Assembly (NCBI RefSeq): GCF_964355755.1
Contig: NC_092670.1
Location: forward strand, 25,654,795 to 25,718,794
Direction: 5' to 3'
Origin: Antedon mediterranea
Lineage: Eukaryota > Animalia > Echinodermata
DNA: 64,000 nt
Part shown: piece by piece, positions 12,966-25,010 of the stretch
Layout: each line of letters starts with the position of its first letter
Position numbering within the stretch: the first letter of the stretch is position 1
Made by a program: the position numbers and the translations under genes
Notes under the pieces: model-generated
The model's database searches: none
The model's input: the letters and a program-made list of their open reading frames with translations, nothing else
What the model was told of the DNA's origin: nothing

Positions 12966-15900
12966 ATGGCAGGAACAACCCCGCTGGTGCCCATCATTAA
13001 TCTTGCCAACAGCATCATTGGCGTGGGTGTACTCGCAATGCCATGGTGTTTTAATAAGGTACTGGAATCCTTTAAAGATGTCTTGTCCCCCTAAAATTTA
13101 AATAGCCATCATTTTGAAGTTTCAATCAAGTTATTCACTTTAAAAAAAATTCATTTCAGAAAGAAACGAACAAACATAATGATTTCACTTATTAAAAAAA
13201 ACAAAATAAACCAATAATTTGTACAAAAAACTCAGATTGTAATTACAGACAATTTCTATTTTTTCCTTTAAATTACAGTTTATTTCAAGTAAATAATTTT
13301 TTTAAATTTAAATAAATGTGGGTTTTTACAGATCACATTCCTACTAATGCCAACTTTTTTTTAAACTATGATTTCTTTTTTCTGAAATTGAATTCTAAAT
13401 TTATTATTAAATTAAAACATTCCTCAATTTGATCTTGAAGGAAGTTCAATGAGATGACACTCATTTTCTATCTCTTTATTTTAGTATAAGTGGAATATCT
13501 ATTTTTTTAAATGTCAGATTACATACATTATGTTACCAAACTTGTTTGTAAAGGTTTAGTTATTCTGTACAATGACAGGAAATTTAATTCAATTTAAATG
13601 TTTTACTTTCTTTCAGTGTGGTTTCATTTTAGCATGTTGTTTATTATTATTTTCTGCCTTTCTTACCTACACAAGTTGTATGCTGTTACTACGGGCAGCC
13701 AAAGCAACCAAACGTACATCGTACGAAAACCTAGGTAAATGTTGTACACTTTCTTAAACACAAAAAGTTTAAATTAAAATTACCATTCAAAATTCAGTAT
13801 ACAGTAATGATAAATTTCTTTTTTATGAAACTGTCTTGCTATCTAACTAATTATGATGGCGTGTTTCTCTGTTTGTTGTCTGTTGGTACTTCCTTGTCAG
13901 GTTCAATGCCACATTTAAAAATAACAAATGAATGAATAAAACATATGTTTGAAAAATAAATTTAAAGAAATATTTACTGTAATTAAAACTTTTTAGTTTT
14001 ATTTATTTTCTTCAGCCTATCATGTATTAGGTGCCACAGGCAAGATGGCTGTAGAGCTATGGTAAGAATATTATTAGTTGTTGTTTGTCTAATTTCTTGT
14101 ATATTGTCTTTGGTATTGACACATTTTTGTCACATTTTATTAGTTATGTCAGTAATATGTCAATGATCAATAATATATGCTTAAAGGTTTATGAAAAAAT
14201 GTCCTGTAATATTGTGTTACATATATACAGTATGTACAGTGTGTGGGATTTGAATTAATATGTTTAAAATTATAATTAAAATTAATTAAACTGTATGAAA
14301 TATTATGTGGTTTCAGTAAATGTAGAACTTTTTTGATACTGCACTGAAACATTCTGTTTGGTCACAGTATTCAGAATAAGTTTATGTTTTGGTTATTGAA
14401 CAAATAGATCTGTTTTCAATAATACAATATAAACTAATAATGTATTTAATCTTAGTATCATTGGCCTGTAAATTAATAATGTATTTAATCTCTTTTTAGT
14501 ATCATTGGCCTGTAAATTAATAGTGTATTTAATCTCTTTTTAGTATCATTGGCTTGTAAATTAATAATGTATTTAATCTCTTTTTAGTATCATTGGCCTG
14601 TAAATTAATAATGTATTTAATCTCTTTTTAGTATCATTGGCCTGTAAATTAATAATGTATTTAATCTCTTTTTAGTATCATTGGCCTGTAAATTAATAAT
14701 GTATTTAATCTTTTTACAGTATCATTGGCCTGTTGTTTTGTTCCTGTGTGTCATTCTTCATAATAATTGGTGATTTGGGACCAGCAATCATTTCAAAATG
14801 GCTCTCATTAGAAGTATGTTAATCATTAATTAAATATTATCTATTTTGATTACAGACAGGTACTATATGAAACAGGTGCGTCCAAAAAAAGTACGATAGT
14901 ATGATAATTACGACAATTTCAAAACCAACTATAAATCTGTTTTGTCAAAAATTGTCTTTCATTATTTACTGACAATTTAAATGTAGAAATGAGTAACACT
15001 TTTAGAGAAAAAGGAGTTATCGAATTGTACTAATTGACTGTTATTATACAAATTGTTATTATATACATAACAAGGATTTTTAGTTTTTCCATCATCATGA
15101 GGCTAGTTTATTTAATAAGCCTATATTTACTTTCTATTTCACTGCTAGTCTCTAGTTTCAAAAGGCACTTAGCAAAATGGCTACTGACTTTCTGCATAGT
15201 AGTTATGTAAGCATTTTTATTTTCTAGATATGAATTATTGCTTTGATTATTTGTTTAGAATACACCAAAATTGAGGGCGTCGCTACAAATGTTTTTAGCA
15301 GTAACTGTTGTGTTTCCGCTGGGATTAAAGCGTAGTGTAGAGAGTCTTGCAGCAGTTAGTGGCCTCTCTATGATATTTTATATTTGCTTTACAGCCGATG
15401 TAAGTAGTGTGTTCCACTTTTACTTATCTATATATCATTTTAGCTAAAAAGTGTTATCATTACCTACAGTATACCCTAAAAATATACCATATTTATTTTA
15501 TAATATGTATATGAGAGAGTTTTCTCAGATAAGGACTATAAACTGTACACATCTGGCTTATTTGTACTTAAAAGAACCTAGTACATCTTTTGAGGCGAGT
15601 ATGGGGTACTAGTACACAATGTCGCACAGCTACTGTTACACTAACCTTCAGACGACAATGGGTTGCCTGCTATTGCGACTCCTGGGCCAAATGAATAAAA
15701 TAAATGTAAATATGTTAACACGCAGAAGCTTATGCTTTAGTATACGTTAAGTAAGTCTACATTTGTTATCAATGATTAATATTTTTAAATACTTATATTA
15801 TATTATTATAACTTCAGCGGTGTACTATTTTCTTTGTTTCAGATGTTTTTTAATAGTTTGTATGACTTATCAATAGGAACATGGACGCATGAAAGTAAAT

Positions 15901-18900
15901 TGTGGGACACAAAAGGAGGTTTTATTTGTATCACTATTACGACAATAGCATTTAGCTGTCAGACGTAAGTACTGTATGTTACTGTATTACTGCATTTGGA
16001 TTGGGTGAATTATACTTGTTTGCGAGTTTGAGAAAGCATTGTATCGTCCCCAATAGTTGATTTTATCACCCTTGATTAGTTTGACCGTGCCTCTATGTAA
16101 AACTACAGTAATACAATTAATTACTCTCAGTTATTGGAACAACCATAATATCTACCAGTTGGAACAACCATAATAAATACCAGTTGTAACAACCATAATA
16201 TCTCCCAGTTGTAACAACCATAATATCTCCCAGTTGTAACAACCATAATATCTCCCAGTTGTAACAACCATAATATCTCCCAGTTGATATTATGGTTGTA
16301 ACAACCATAATATCTCCCAGTTGTAACAACCATAATATCTCCCAGTTGTAACAACCATAATATCTCCCAGTTGATATTATGGTTGTTACAACTAGGAGAT
16401 ATTCCAGTCGTTACATCTAGGAGATATTACAATTGTTCCAACCATAATATCTCCCAGTTGTAACAACCATAATATCTCCTAGATGTAACGACCGTAATAT
16501 TAGGGAGGTTTCGCAACTTTACGAATACGATCCCCATTTCATATTCGTAAAGCATTTCGTGTGACGAATATCATCAGTCATATTCGTAACTACAAAACGA
16601 GTATAGTTTTTGGTCTATTTTGCATTTTAATCATAAATTATTTATGATTATAATATAATTATAGATTTATTGAAAGTAATTTACTAAAGTAATTTACTAA
16701 AATGCCAGGTAAATTTTGATAATTAACAGTTTTTAAAGTCCTCACTCGCTTTGATGTTACGCCAGGCCTAGACAGTCAAGTAAAATGTACATGCACTTCG
16801 TTCAAATTTACCGCAGTCATAATATTTGGACGGCGCCCTCAATATTCTTTGCCATGCGAAACAGATTTTTACTGGCTTAAGAAAACGAATACGTGTATAT
16901 GTTTTAGTATTTTAGCATTGAAAAACCTCCCTATTTTTTTTTTGAATAACCATAATATCTCCCAGATTGAACGATTGTAATATCTCCCAGTTGGAATGAC
17001 TACAAGATCTAACGAGCTGAAATGAATATACTCCTTTGCGAAATGTGACTTTTAAATTGATGCTAAACAATGTTATTTACTTTGAAATTTCTTTTTCCGC
17101 CAGAGTGCTTTTTACAATTTACGAATCAATGGCAGATAGAACAATAAAAAAAATGCAAGAAGTTGTTAAGAACTCAGTTACATTAGTTACTACAATGTAC
17201 TTTGTTGTAAGTTTGTGTATTTTATAAACTTTATTGAAATATAATTTAAAAATTAGTTTCCATATCAGTTCTATGTTATGAACATTTATTTGATTTCTTC
17301 ATCATTCACATTTCAATTTGTTGATAAAAATTGTTTTTATTTTTTAGGTTGGTTTATGTGGTTATGTAACATACTACAAACAAGGAATTAAGGGAGACGT
17401 GTTACTCAATTTTAAGCCGTCCTTGCTGTCCGACATTTTCCAGATGGGTTTCACTTTCTCAGTTGCTCTTAGTTTTCCATTGGTCATATTTCCTTGTAGG
17501 AGTAGTCTATATTCAATGTTTTATTCACAAAGTATGGTAAGAATTGTATTATAAAGTTATTTTAGCTCTAAAAAGAACTTCTATTTGCTGTCAGCCACCA
17601 CCTTATCTTGGCCAAAATAATAGACGATAGATTTCTTTATGTGATAGTGATTTGGTGTAATGGGTATTGAAGCATGTGATTTTTTCAAGATCTATCAGTC
17701 CCTTGCATACACAATGTACATATACGTGATAAAGATACACTAGATCTACTATTTGAAAAGAGATGGGGATCGTCTTCCAATGTATGCACTTCATTGTAGC
17801 TGTTATGAGAGGGCAGAACTGAGGGCGATTACTAATATTTTTTTTAATGAAGCTTATTCATTTTTTATTTATTTATATCTCTGCAGTCACACAGTATAGA
17901 GAACCCTGGTGGTAGCGGAGGAAGTGTATACATTCCACCCGGCAAATTCAATACGATAACAATGTCGATTATTGCACTTACTCTTACGCTGGGAATCTTA
18001 GTTAAAAATGGTAACTATTCAAAGTCGTTGGTTAACGCTTATAGCATAGATATCGTAGGTCGTCGTAAAAGTTTACATATTTATTTACCATTTCTTTTTA
18101 GTTGAAACGGTACTTGCATTGACTGGTGCTACTCTTGGTAGTTTTATCTGTTTTATTCTGCCAGCTATCATATACATCAAGACACATGGAGTAGCTAATA
18201 AAGGAACAGCAAAGGTAAGCATTTTTCTGCAGTTACTGCAGTATAACGATTATTAGTGACCAGAACATGTAGAGTCTGTGTGGTTAGTATAATCTGTGAC
18301 TAAATGAAACCTAGAGTTATAAAAAAAAGAATTTGCCCTATCTTTAATTGTAGCTAACTAGAGGGTTCGCTCGCGCACCATCTAGTGGGTGTAACCGTAT
18401 GCTTCTCGGAAATATGACCAACGCCTCTGGAAACTTAGGCCAGGGTCCTATGCATGTGACTGATGAGTTCTGCATGTTTATTTGTGATGTTTTATGAGGG
18501 GTCCTTTAACTTACGAAAAAATATCGTTGTCCAGGAAATATAGCAAATTTGATTATGTGGTAGGGCAAAGTTATAAGGTATTCGTTGGTATTCTATGTGG
18601 GACTGTTGTGAAATCCAATTAATGAAGTAGTAAGAATGTTAAATGACATGTAGCTCAGAGAAATAACAACTTTCATACTTATATACAGTTTATAACATTA
18701 AAGTTTAAAATAATTTATAATATAAACATTAAAGGTGTGTCGCACCTCATCCTGATACCAGGCCTCCTATTAGGTAATTAATAAATAACAAAAATAATTA
18801 GTTCAATCACTAAAATCAATTAGCACGTAAAGTAAAAGCCAGTCATTTCAGCCTTGTCCTGCCACTCCCTATTTCATATAGAATTAATATCAATGAGTTA

Positions 18901-21900
18901 TTCATTGTGCCGTGTATTCGTATTCGTATACTACCGAGGATTAAAAATATTGAATGTCGCCACCAGCGGCCATTTTGCAGGAAGCCAGTTGTAAAACTTG
19001 AGTATGTGAATATAACCCTGTGATATCCATAAATTTCGATTGGAAACTCTAGATTTTTTCGTTGTAAAAGACAAACGGAACAATATCGTAATAGTGAAAA
19101 CTAATGTTATCAAATCTACGTTTCTGAGATAGATGAGGTAGAAATCCAAGGCGGAGACCTTTCCCAAAGTAAGCATAATTTATATATAGATAATTTCATT
19201 GTATTTATCTGAACTAACTGAGATTTTAAAGAAATTGTTTCCACCTAGTACACTACAGTATATATACTCTAGTACAGATCTGAATAAAAAGATGTTCTAC
19301 CACAAAATAAATAATTTAAATTACTTGTTGCCTGTATATAAATAACACATAAAAATAAATTGTTTTTTTGCAGTTTATTCTCGTAATGGGGCTTTCATTA
19401 ACTGTGATTGGCTTGTATCATAATTTACAAGCGACACCAAATGATGACACAGCGATTCTTGAACCAAATTTTGAAAACCCGCAACCGCAACACTTTAAAG
19501 AACCTGTTAAGTTTGAAGTTATAGATCCTGGAATAAAATTGCCGGAAGATAAGATAAAAGGTACAATCATATTATGACAATTCTCTGTAAGCTGGTTTTC
19601 CTCAGAAATTATAAAAAGCTCTACTTCCTACTGTTTAAGTTAAATTCTGACAAGAAGGTATTCATATTCATATTCATTTATTATCCAGAAAAATAAAACA
19701 AAAAAATACAAAAAGCATAAATTACATAGAACAACAACAAGCAGAGAAAAAAACACAGAACACTATCCTGGGCTAGCAACCATTCTGGGCATGTCTATGG
19801 ATGACTTATTTATGGGAGAGTTGAATGTTGTTTTACTATCAATATCATGCACCAATTAAAGGCCATTTGATTTATTTTTACTAGAAGATGTGCATAAGGA
19901 ACCACCTAACCCGCACCCACCAATTGATGTACCTGTTAAACAAAATGAAAAACCAATTGAAAATGTAAGGAAGTTTAGTATTTATTTAAACCTCACTCTT
20001 TCAAATGCATGTGAATGCATCTGTAGAGCATCACATTTTAATAAAGCTAATTAAATATTTTTATTTTTCAGATAAATCCAAAAGATCAACCAGTAGTTGA
20101 TAGTAAGTTGGAACATATTTGTTTAGTACACAGTATTATGACAACCCTTATGGAAAGGACTCTACAAAATTGCTCAAAATGTAGTACTTTATTTATCATT
20201 TTCTTGTTCATACTTTGTAGATCAAAAGAAGGAGGAACAAGTTGTTAACAAAGATGAGAACAAAATCAAGGTATGCGACTTTTTTTTATAAGATTAACCA
20301 ACAAGCCGATATATCACCATTATGAGTCAGTAACTTAAACCCTCAGGCTACAGTAAGTTTTAATTCAGGCCCGAATTGCTCAGTAAAATGTAACAAGATG
20401 GTTTTATGTCCAAAATGATGGTACATTTGGTTCCTTAATAATTATAAATAATATAATAAAAATGTATTTTGAATACAAAAAAAGAAAATAAACCAATTAT
20501 TCTTTGTTTCTTACACTAAGGACTCGCAAGAGAAAGAGGAAGACATGGCAGAAAATGTTATAGAGCAACTCAAGGTACAGTATTTGTGGTTGTTATTTAT
20601 GTTGACTCCCCTTGTAGATAATAGGGAGCTTTCAATTTACATATTGTGTTGTTGGTTTTCCCTTGAACCTAAAATTCCAAGTGTAGAAGAACATAGTCAG
20701 TATTCAAGCATTTCTTTTTATTTGTATTTAATGTAGGAGAAGCAAGTAGAACAAGAAAAAAAGATTGAGGCTCAAGCTGAAGAGATAGAGCTACTAAAAA
20801 AGCAGCATGACGAAGAGGAATTAGAAAGAAAAGAAAAAGAAAAGCAGGAGATTTTAGAAAAAGAAGAAAGAGAAAGAAAAGAACTGGAGGAAAAACGTCA
20901 GAAAGAACATGAAGAGGCGGTAAAAGAAGTGAAAGAAAAGGAAGATGCGGCCATCATTGAAAAAGCTAAAGAAGTGATTGAACAGGCTGCAGTATTAAAG
21001 GCTGTTCTTCCTCAAGTTGGAGATCAACAGCTTGGAATAGGTGCTCAGCAAGACAATCCTGCCTTTGGAGGACTTCCTCAACAACCTGTTCAACCTATAG
21101 CACCTTTAGATCAATTACAAGGTGCCAATGCAGTAGCACAAGGTTTACTACCACTAGATCAGGGAGTTCAGCCTGTGGGTGTTGGTGATACAGGTGGCCA
21201 AGGAATGCAAGTAGGCTTAGGTGGACCAGTGGGCCATGGGATTCAACCAGGAGGTGCTGGTTTAGGTGGGCCAATGGACCTGGGGGTTCAACCAGGTGTT
21301 GGTTTAGGTGGGGCAATGGACCCGGGCGTCCAACCAGGAGTTGTTGGCTTAGGTGTTCACGGAGGTAATCAAGGAGGTTTAGGGATTCAAAATGTTCCGC
21401 TTGGTGGAATTGATGGACCATTCAACCAAGGAATTCAGGTTGATGGTTTAAATCAAGGGGTTGGCCAAGGACAGCAACCTATTGGAATCGGCCAACCTGT
21501 TGCTGGTGTTCAAGCTGGTGGCGTAGGAAGACAAGTTGAGCAAGTAGGTGCCATCCAACCTGATGGTCTAGGTAATGAAGGATTTCAACAACTTGATGTT
21601 CAACCAAAAATGGTTCTTCAAGAAGGAGATCCAGCACCTCAACTAGGTAACATTCAAGTAGGACTTGGTGCTCAACCAGATGCACAATTTCAGAATATTC
21701 CACACCTAAATCCAAATTTACATGAAATGGCAATTGATGATCAACACAATTTGAAAGTTCCAGAGGTAAATGCAAATTTGCAAAAGGTTCGTGATCAACC
21801 AAATTTGAAATTTCAAAAGGATCCCGGTTTAGATCCTCGGGCAAACATAGCAGAATTCCAAGGTGCGGCAGTTAATGCTGATGAAAAATTATTTGATCAA

Positions 21901-22293
21901 CAGGAACACAAAGATACTGGTTTAGATAATGTAAAGGAACGACAAGAAAGAGACGTGAAAAATCTAGAAAGTCATGTCAAGATCGAAAATGATGTAAAAA
22001 AAAATTCTGCTAAAAAAATGCAAAAGGTAGAATCAAAGTCAAAAGATGGAATTATTGAACAGAACCAAAAATCGACTCTAACTTTTGAAAAGAAAGGAAA
22101 AGCTGCTGCAGAATATCTGCAACTTGAACTTGCAAATGACCAAAGGAATAAAAATGAAAATGCTGGTGAACCAGATATAAAAGAGAATGATGTTGTGCTA
22201 GAGAAGGCAGTAGAGGACAATAATGCAAATGCCAAAAATGTTAAAGATATAGCTGAAGATGGAGTTGAACAGAAAAAGAAGATAGAAATGTGA
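12966..22293 (+). CDS. SLC38A10: Sodium-coupled neutral amino acid transporter 10, ~1033 aa; exons 12966-13058, 13617-13734, 14016-14061, 14720-14813, 15259-15399, 15843-15964, 17104-17206, 17348-17536, 17887-18010, 18102-18214, 19374-19560, 19885-19964, 20072-20102, 20221-20270, 20521-20574, 20737-22293
   Basis: Kozak ccaccATGg. Aa_trans motifs [67 protein letters not shown]. All introns GT-AG and phase-consistent (3102 nt). Long charged/low-complexity C-terminal tail typical of SLC38A10. Confidence 0.93.
14435..14731 (+). repeat. 44-bp tandem repeat x7 spanning the SLC38A10 intron 3/exon 4 junction
   Basis: tatcattggc(c/t)t at 14456, 14500, 14544, 14588, 14632, 14676 and 14720 (the last is the true exon start). 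Confidence 0.95.
15527..15710 (+). mobile_element. Probable SINE body/3' remnant
   Basis: gataaggactataaac...cttaaaagaacc resembles conserved central domains of invertebrate SINEs; ends in an aataaaataaat tail. Confidence 0.35.
16130..17000. repeat. 25-bp minisatellite (tctcccagttgtaacaaccataata) with inverted units, interrupted by a MITE
   Basis: About a dozen units at 16130-16500, short reversed segments near 16283 and 16373-16430, resuming at 16947-16995. Confidence 0.9.
16501..16933. mobile_element. MITE with TIR TAGGGAGGTTT...AAACCTCCCTA inserted in the minisatellite
   Basis: 11-bp perfect inverted termini; related left end (ggggtttcgcaaccttacga) at ~47321. Confidence 0.7.
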
Positions 22294-25010
22294 TCGTAGA
22301 GTTCTTTTTCTGGTCAATTTACACCAGTCGTGTATTTGTGAATGGGTTGCAGAATTTGTTTTGGATAACAAATTTGGAACCAACTAATTTTGTGAGTTTT
22401 GCAAATTGTGCAGTCGAATGTTCTCATTGTTCAAGCACCCTGTACCAAATGTTTTATCAAACTATTTTTTTTAATATATAAAGACACTTGGAATCTGATC
22501 GTAAGCAAGTGAACATATACTATTTTATAAACCTATATGTAACCAAATTATAAATATTTAATTTTATAATAATAAGCTTTAAAAAGTTCAAATACTCGGC
22601 ACACATTTTCGTATTAAATCATTCATGAAACTTTTCATTATTATCACTAGTTTGAAATCACATGTAAATAATTGATTCACGTTGTTGCCTCAATTATGAT
22701 TGTTTTACATAATTCCATTAATATTATGTCACTCAAAGCAAAGACATATTTTGACAATTAGAATTTACGGTGTCCACACAGCCGTTCGAAGTCATTATAT
22801 TATTGATTAATTATCAGATTGTTCAATTCTGCGGAAATAATAGTGCTATGAATTCGACCGTGTATAAACATGATATGTATATACAGTAATTTTTTTTAGG
22901 TAACACTTCAGACGATGTTTTGCGTAAACAAAGACATTTAAGTGTTAATATAGTATAATATTTAATGTTTTCATTTAATTTTGTTAAATATAAATTAAGA
23001 ACGGTAATATTTTGAATACATGTGTAAATATAAAAGCAAACCAATGCATCATTGTTTCCGTAAAAAAAAACATTGTAGCCTAATGTTATCAAATTTATAT
23101 AGCGCTTTTAACAATAAATATTGTTCCAAAGCGCTGAAAAGAAACATGGGAGAAAAACAGATTGAATTACAAAGAAAAAAAAAATATTGGTTTTTAACAG
23201 GGTTGTGAAAACATCGATAGATTGTGCATTTCGAATTGAATTAGGAAAGTTTATCATAACAAATGAATTTGTCAATTTTTTTATAATTACGAGGATCAAG
23301 CTCTTTATTTTTTCGGACTAAATAATTGCAATATATATTTTGTTATTTCATGCTTATGCTCTGTAGATTATTTTGTAATGGTTTATAACAGTTAGTTTTG
23401 GTCTTACATTAATACAGACAAATAATCTAATATTTGAATTGATGAACACTTTTAAATTGCATTGTTTTTATGACAATTATTCAAAAATAAACGCAAAAGG
23501 ACTAGACTTATTATTTTATAGCATTGAATTTCTTCTATTTCAGTTATACTGTACACATTTACTCTATGTTTATGGCATTGAATTTCTGTGATAACATCAA
23601 GATGAGGTGGTGTACAAATACATCAAGTATAAAAAGATAGATTATAATTCTTGGAACATCAAAACGAGGACAGTCCTCAAATTAAACTAGTTAGTAGACT
23701 ATACAATGACGATACAAGATGGATCATTATGATCTTTACCGTTTAAGTTTTAACGTTAAGAAGTCAAATTCACCTCACGACTTCATGGAATACCTAAAAT
23801 AGATCACTACCCTAGTTAGATAAATTGTGTGACCTTCGACTCGAAGCTTTATTGTTGAAATCGAAATGTGTAATCTTTTTATCCAATAATATAACAAACC
23901 TGTATTATTCTAACTTCTCACAAAATAGGAACCTCGGCCTCCGCAGAATAACAATATGTAAATAGGTTCAGTACTTTTAAGATACACAATTAAAAATGTC
24001 AAGATTACTACTTGAGTCACACACAGTTCAAACATACCAATTATTCCCAAATGGTCCATTAATTTCAATTTATTTCCACAATATAACAACATATTATACT
24101 ATTCCAATTATTATTATACAATAACATGTTACTAAATGGTTAGTTACTACTGTATAGATCAACTTGCATATGAATACAACAAAAAAAGGGGAGAGTCATG
24201 ATAAGTCACAAAGTTCAACCCACTCCAAAATATATAACATTAAATGTGAAAGAAAAAACAATTATTTAATACATAAACTAAAAAAAAGAAACAAAGCTAC
24301 AATTTCTATTCACTTTATCCGGTCTTATGAAATACAGTATATATTTAACGTTTATCATATCTAGATAGTATAATAGGTCTTGTAGTTATAATCTCATTTA
24401 GAAGGTGTGGCATTTATAAAAATAATAAATTCCAAATGTGTTGTGACAATTTTGGGTAGGGTACAGTATTTCCACAAACATACACATGTATTTTAAAAAT
24501 ATTCAGATTGAATAAAATAAAATATGATACAGGATGACTTGGAAACAGTATTAATTTACACTGGCCAACTTGAGACACACTCGACCCATGATGGTAATAA
24601 ATGGCTCAAAATAGTAGAACGCACTATGTCTAACGACAATGAAGCGTAATGGCAATGAATGCAATTCATAAAAATAATTGTAATTTTCATTTTTTTTTTA
24701 TTAGTCTTCAAACATCTTCATTTCTTTTATTCAACCATTAAAAGATATCTGTGCCATTCAGTGTTCAACATGGTGCAGTATTAGGCCTATCTGCTACTTG
24801 TTGTTTCCTGTACAATCAGTAGTCAGACAACTGTGCTCAAGAATTGATTCACCGAGATGACTTTAAGAGTGCTCAGTCTTCCAGCCATATGAAATATAAT
24901 TTTACTCTTACTATCCCCATCTCAATTCCTCTTGTGCTTCCCGGATTGATTACTTCTTTTTGTAATTGCAATCAACATCTGTAACCAGATCCAACATTAT
25001 CATTATTGCA

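Noticed and set aside
14435-14731. CRISPR-like appearance of the regular repeats here and at 9454, 16130 and 56866
   Set aside because: No unique spacers, no cas genes, eukaryotic context; these are tandem repeats.
21095-22235. Minus-strand ORFs of 87-121 aa
   Set aside because: Antisense shadows of the biased SLC38A10 terminal exon.
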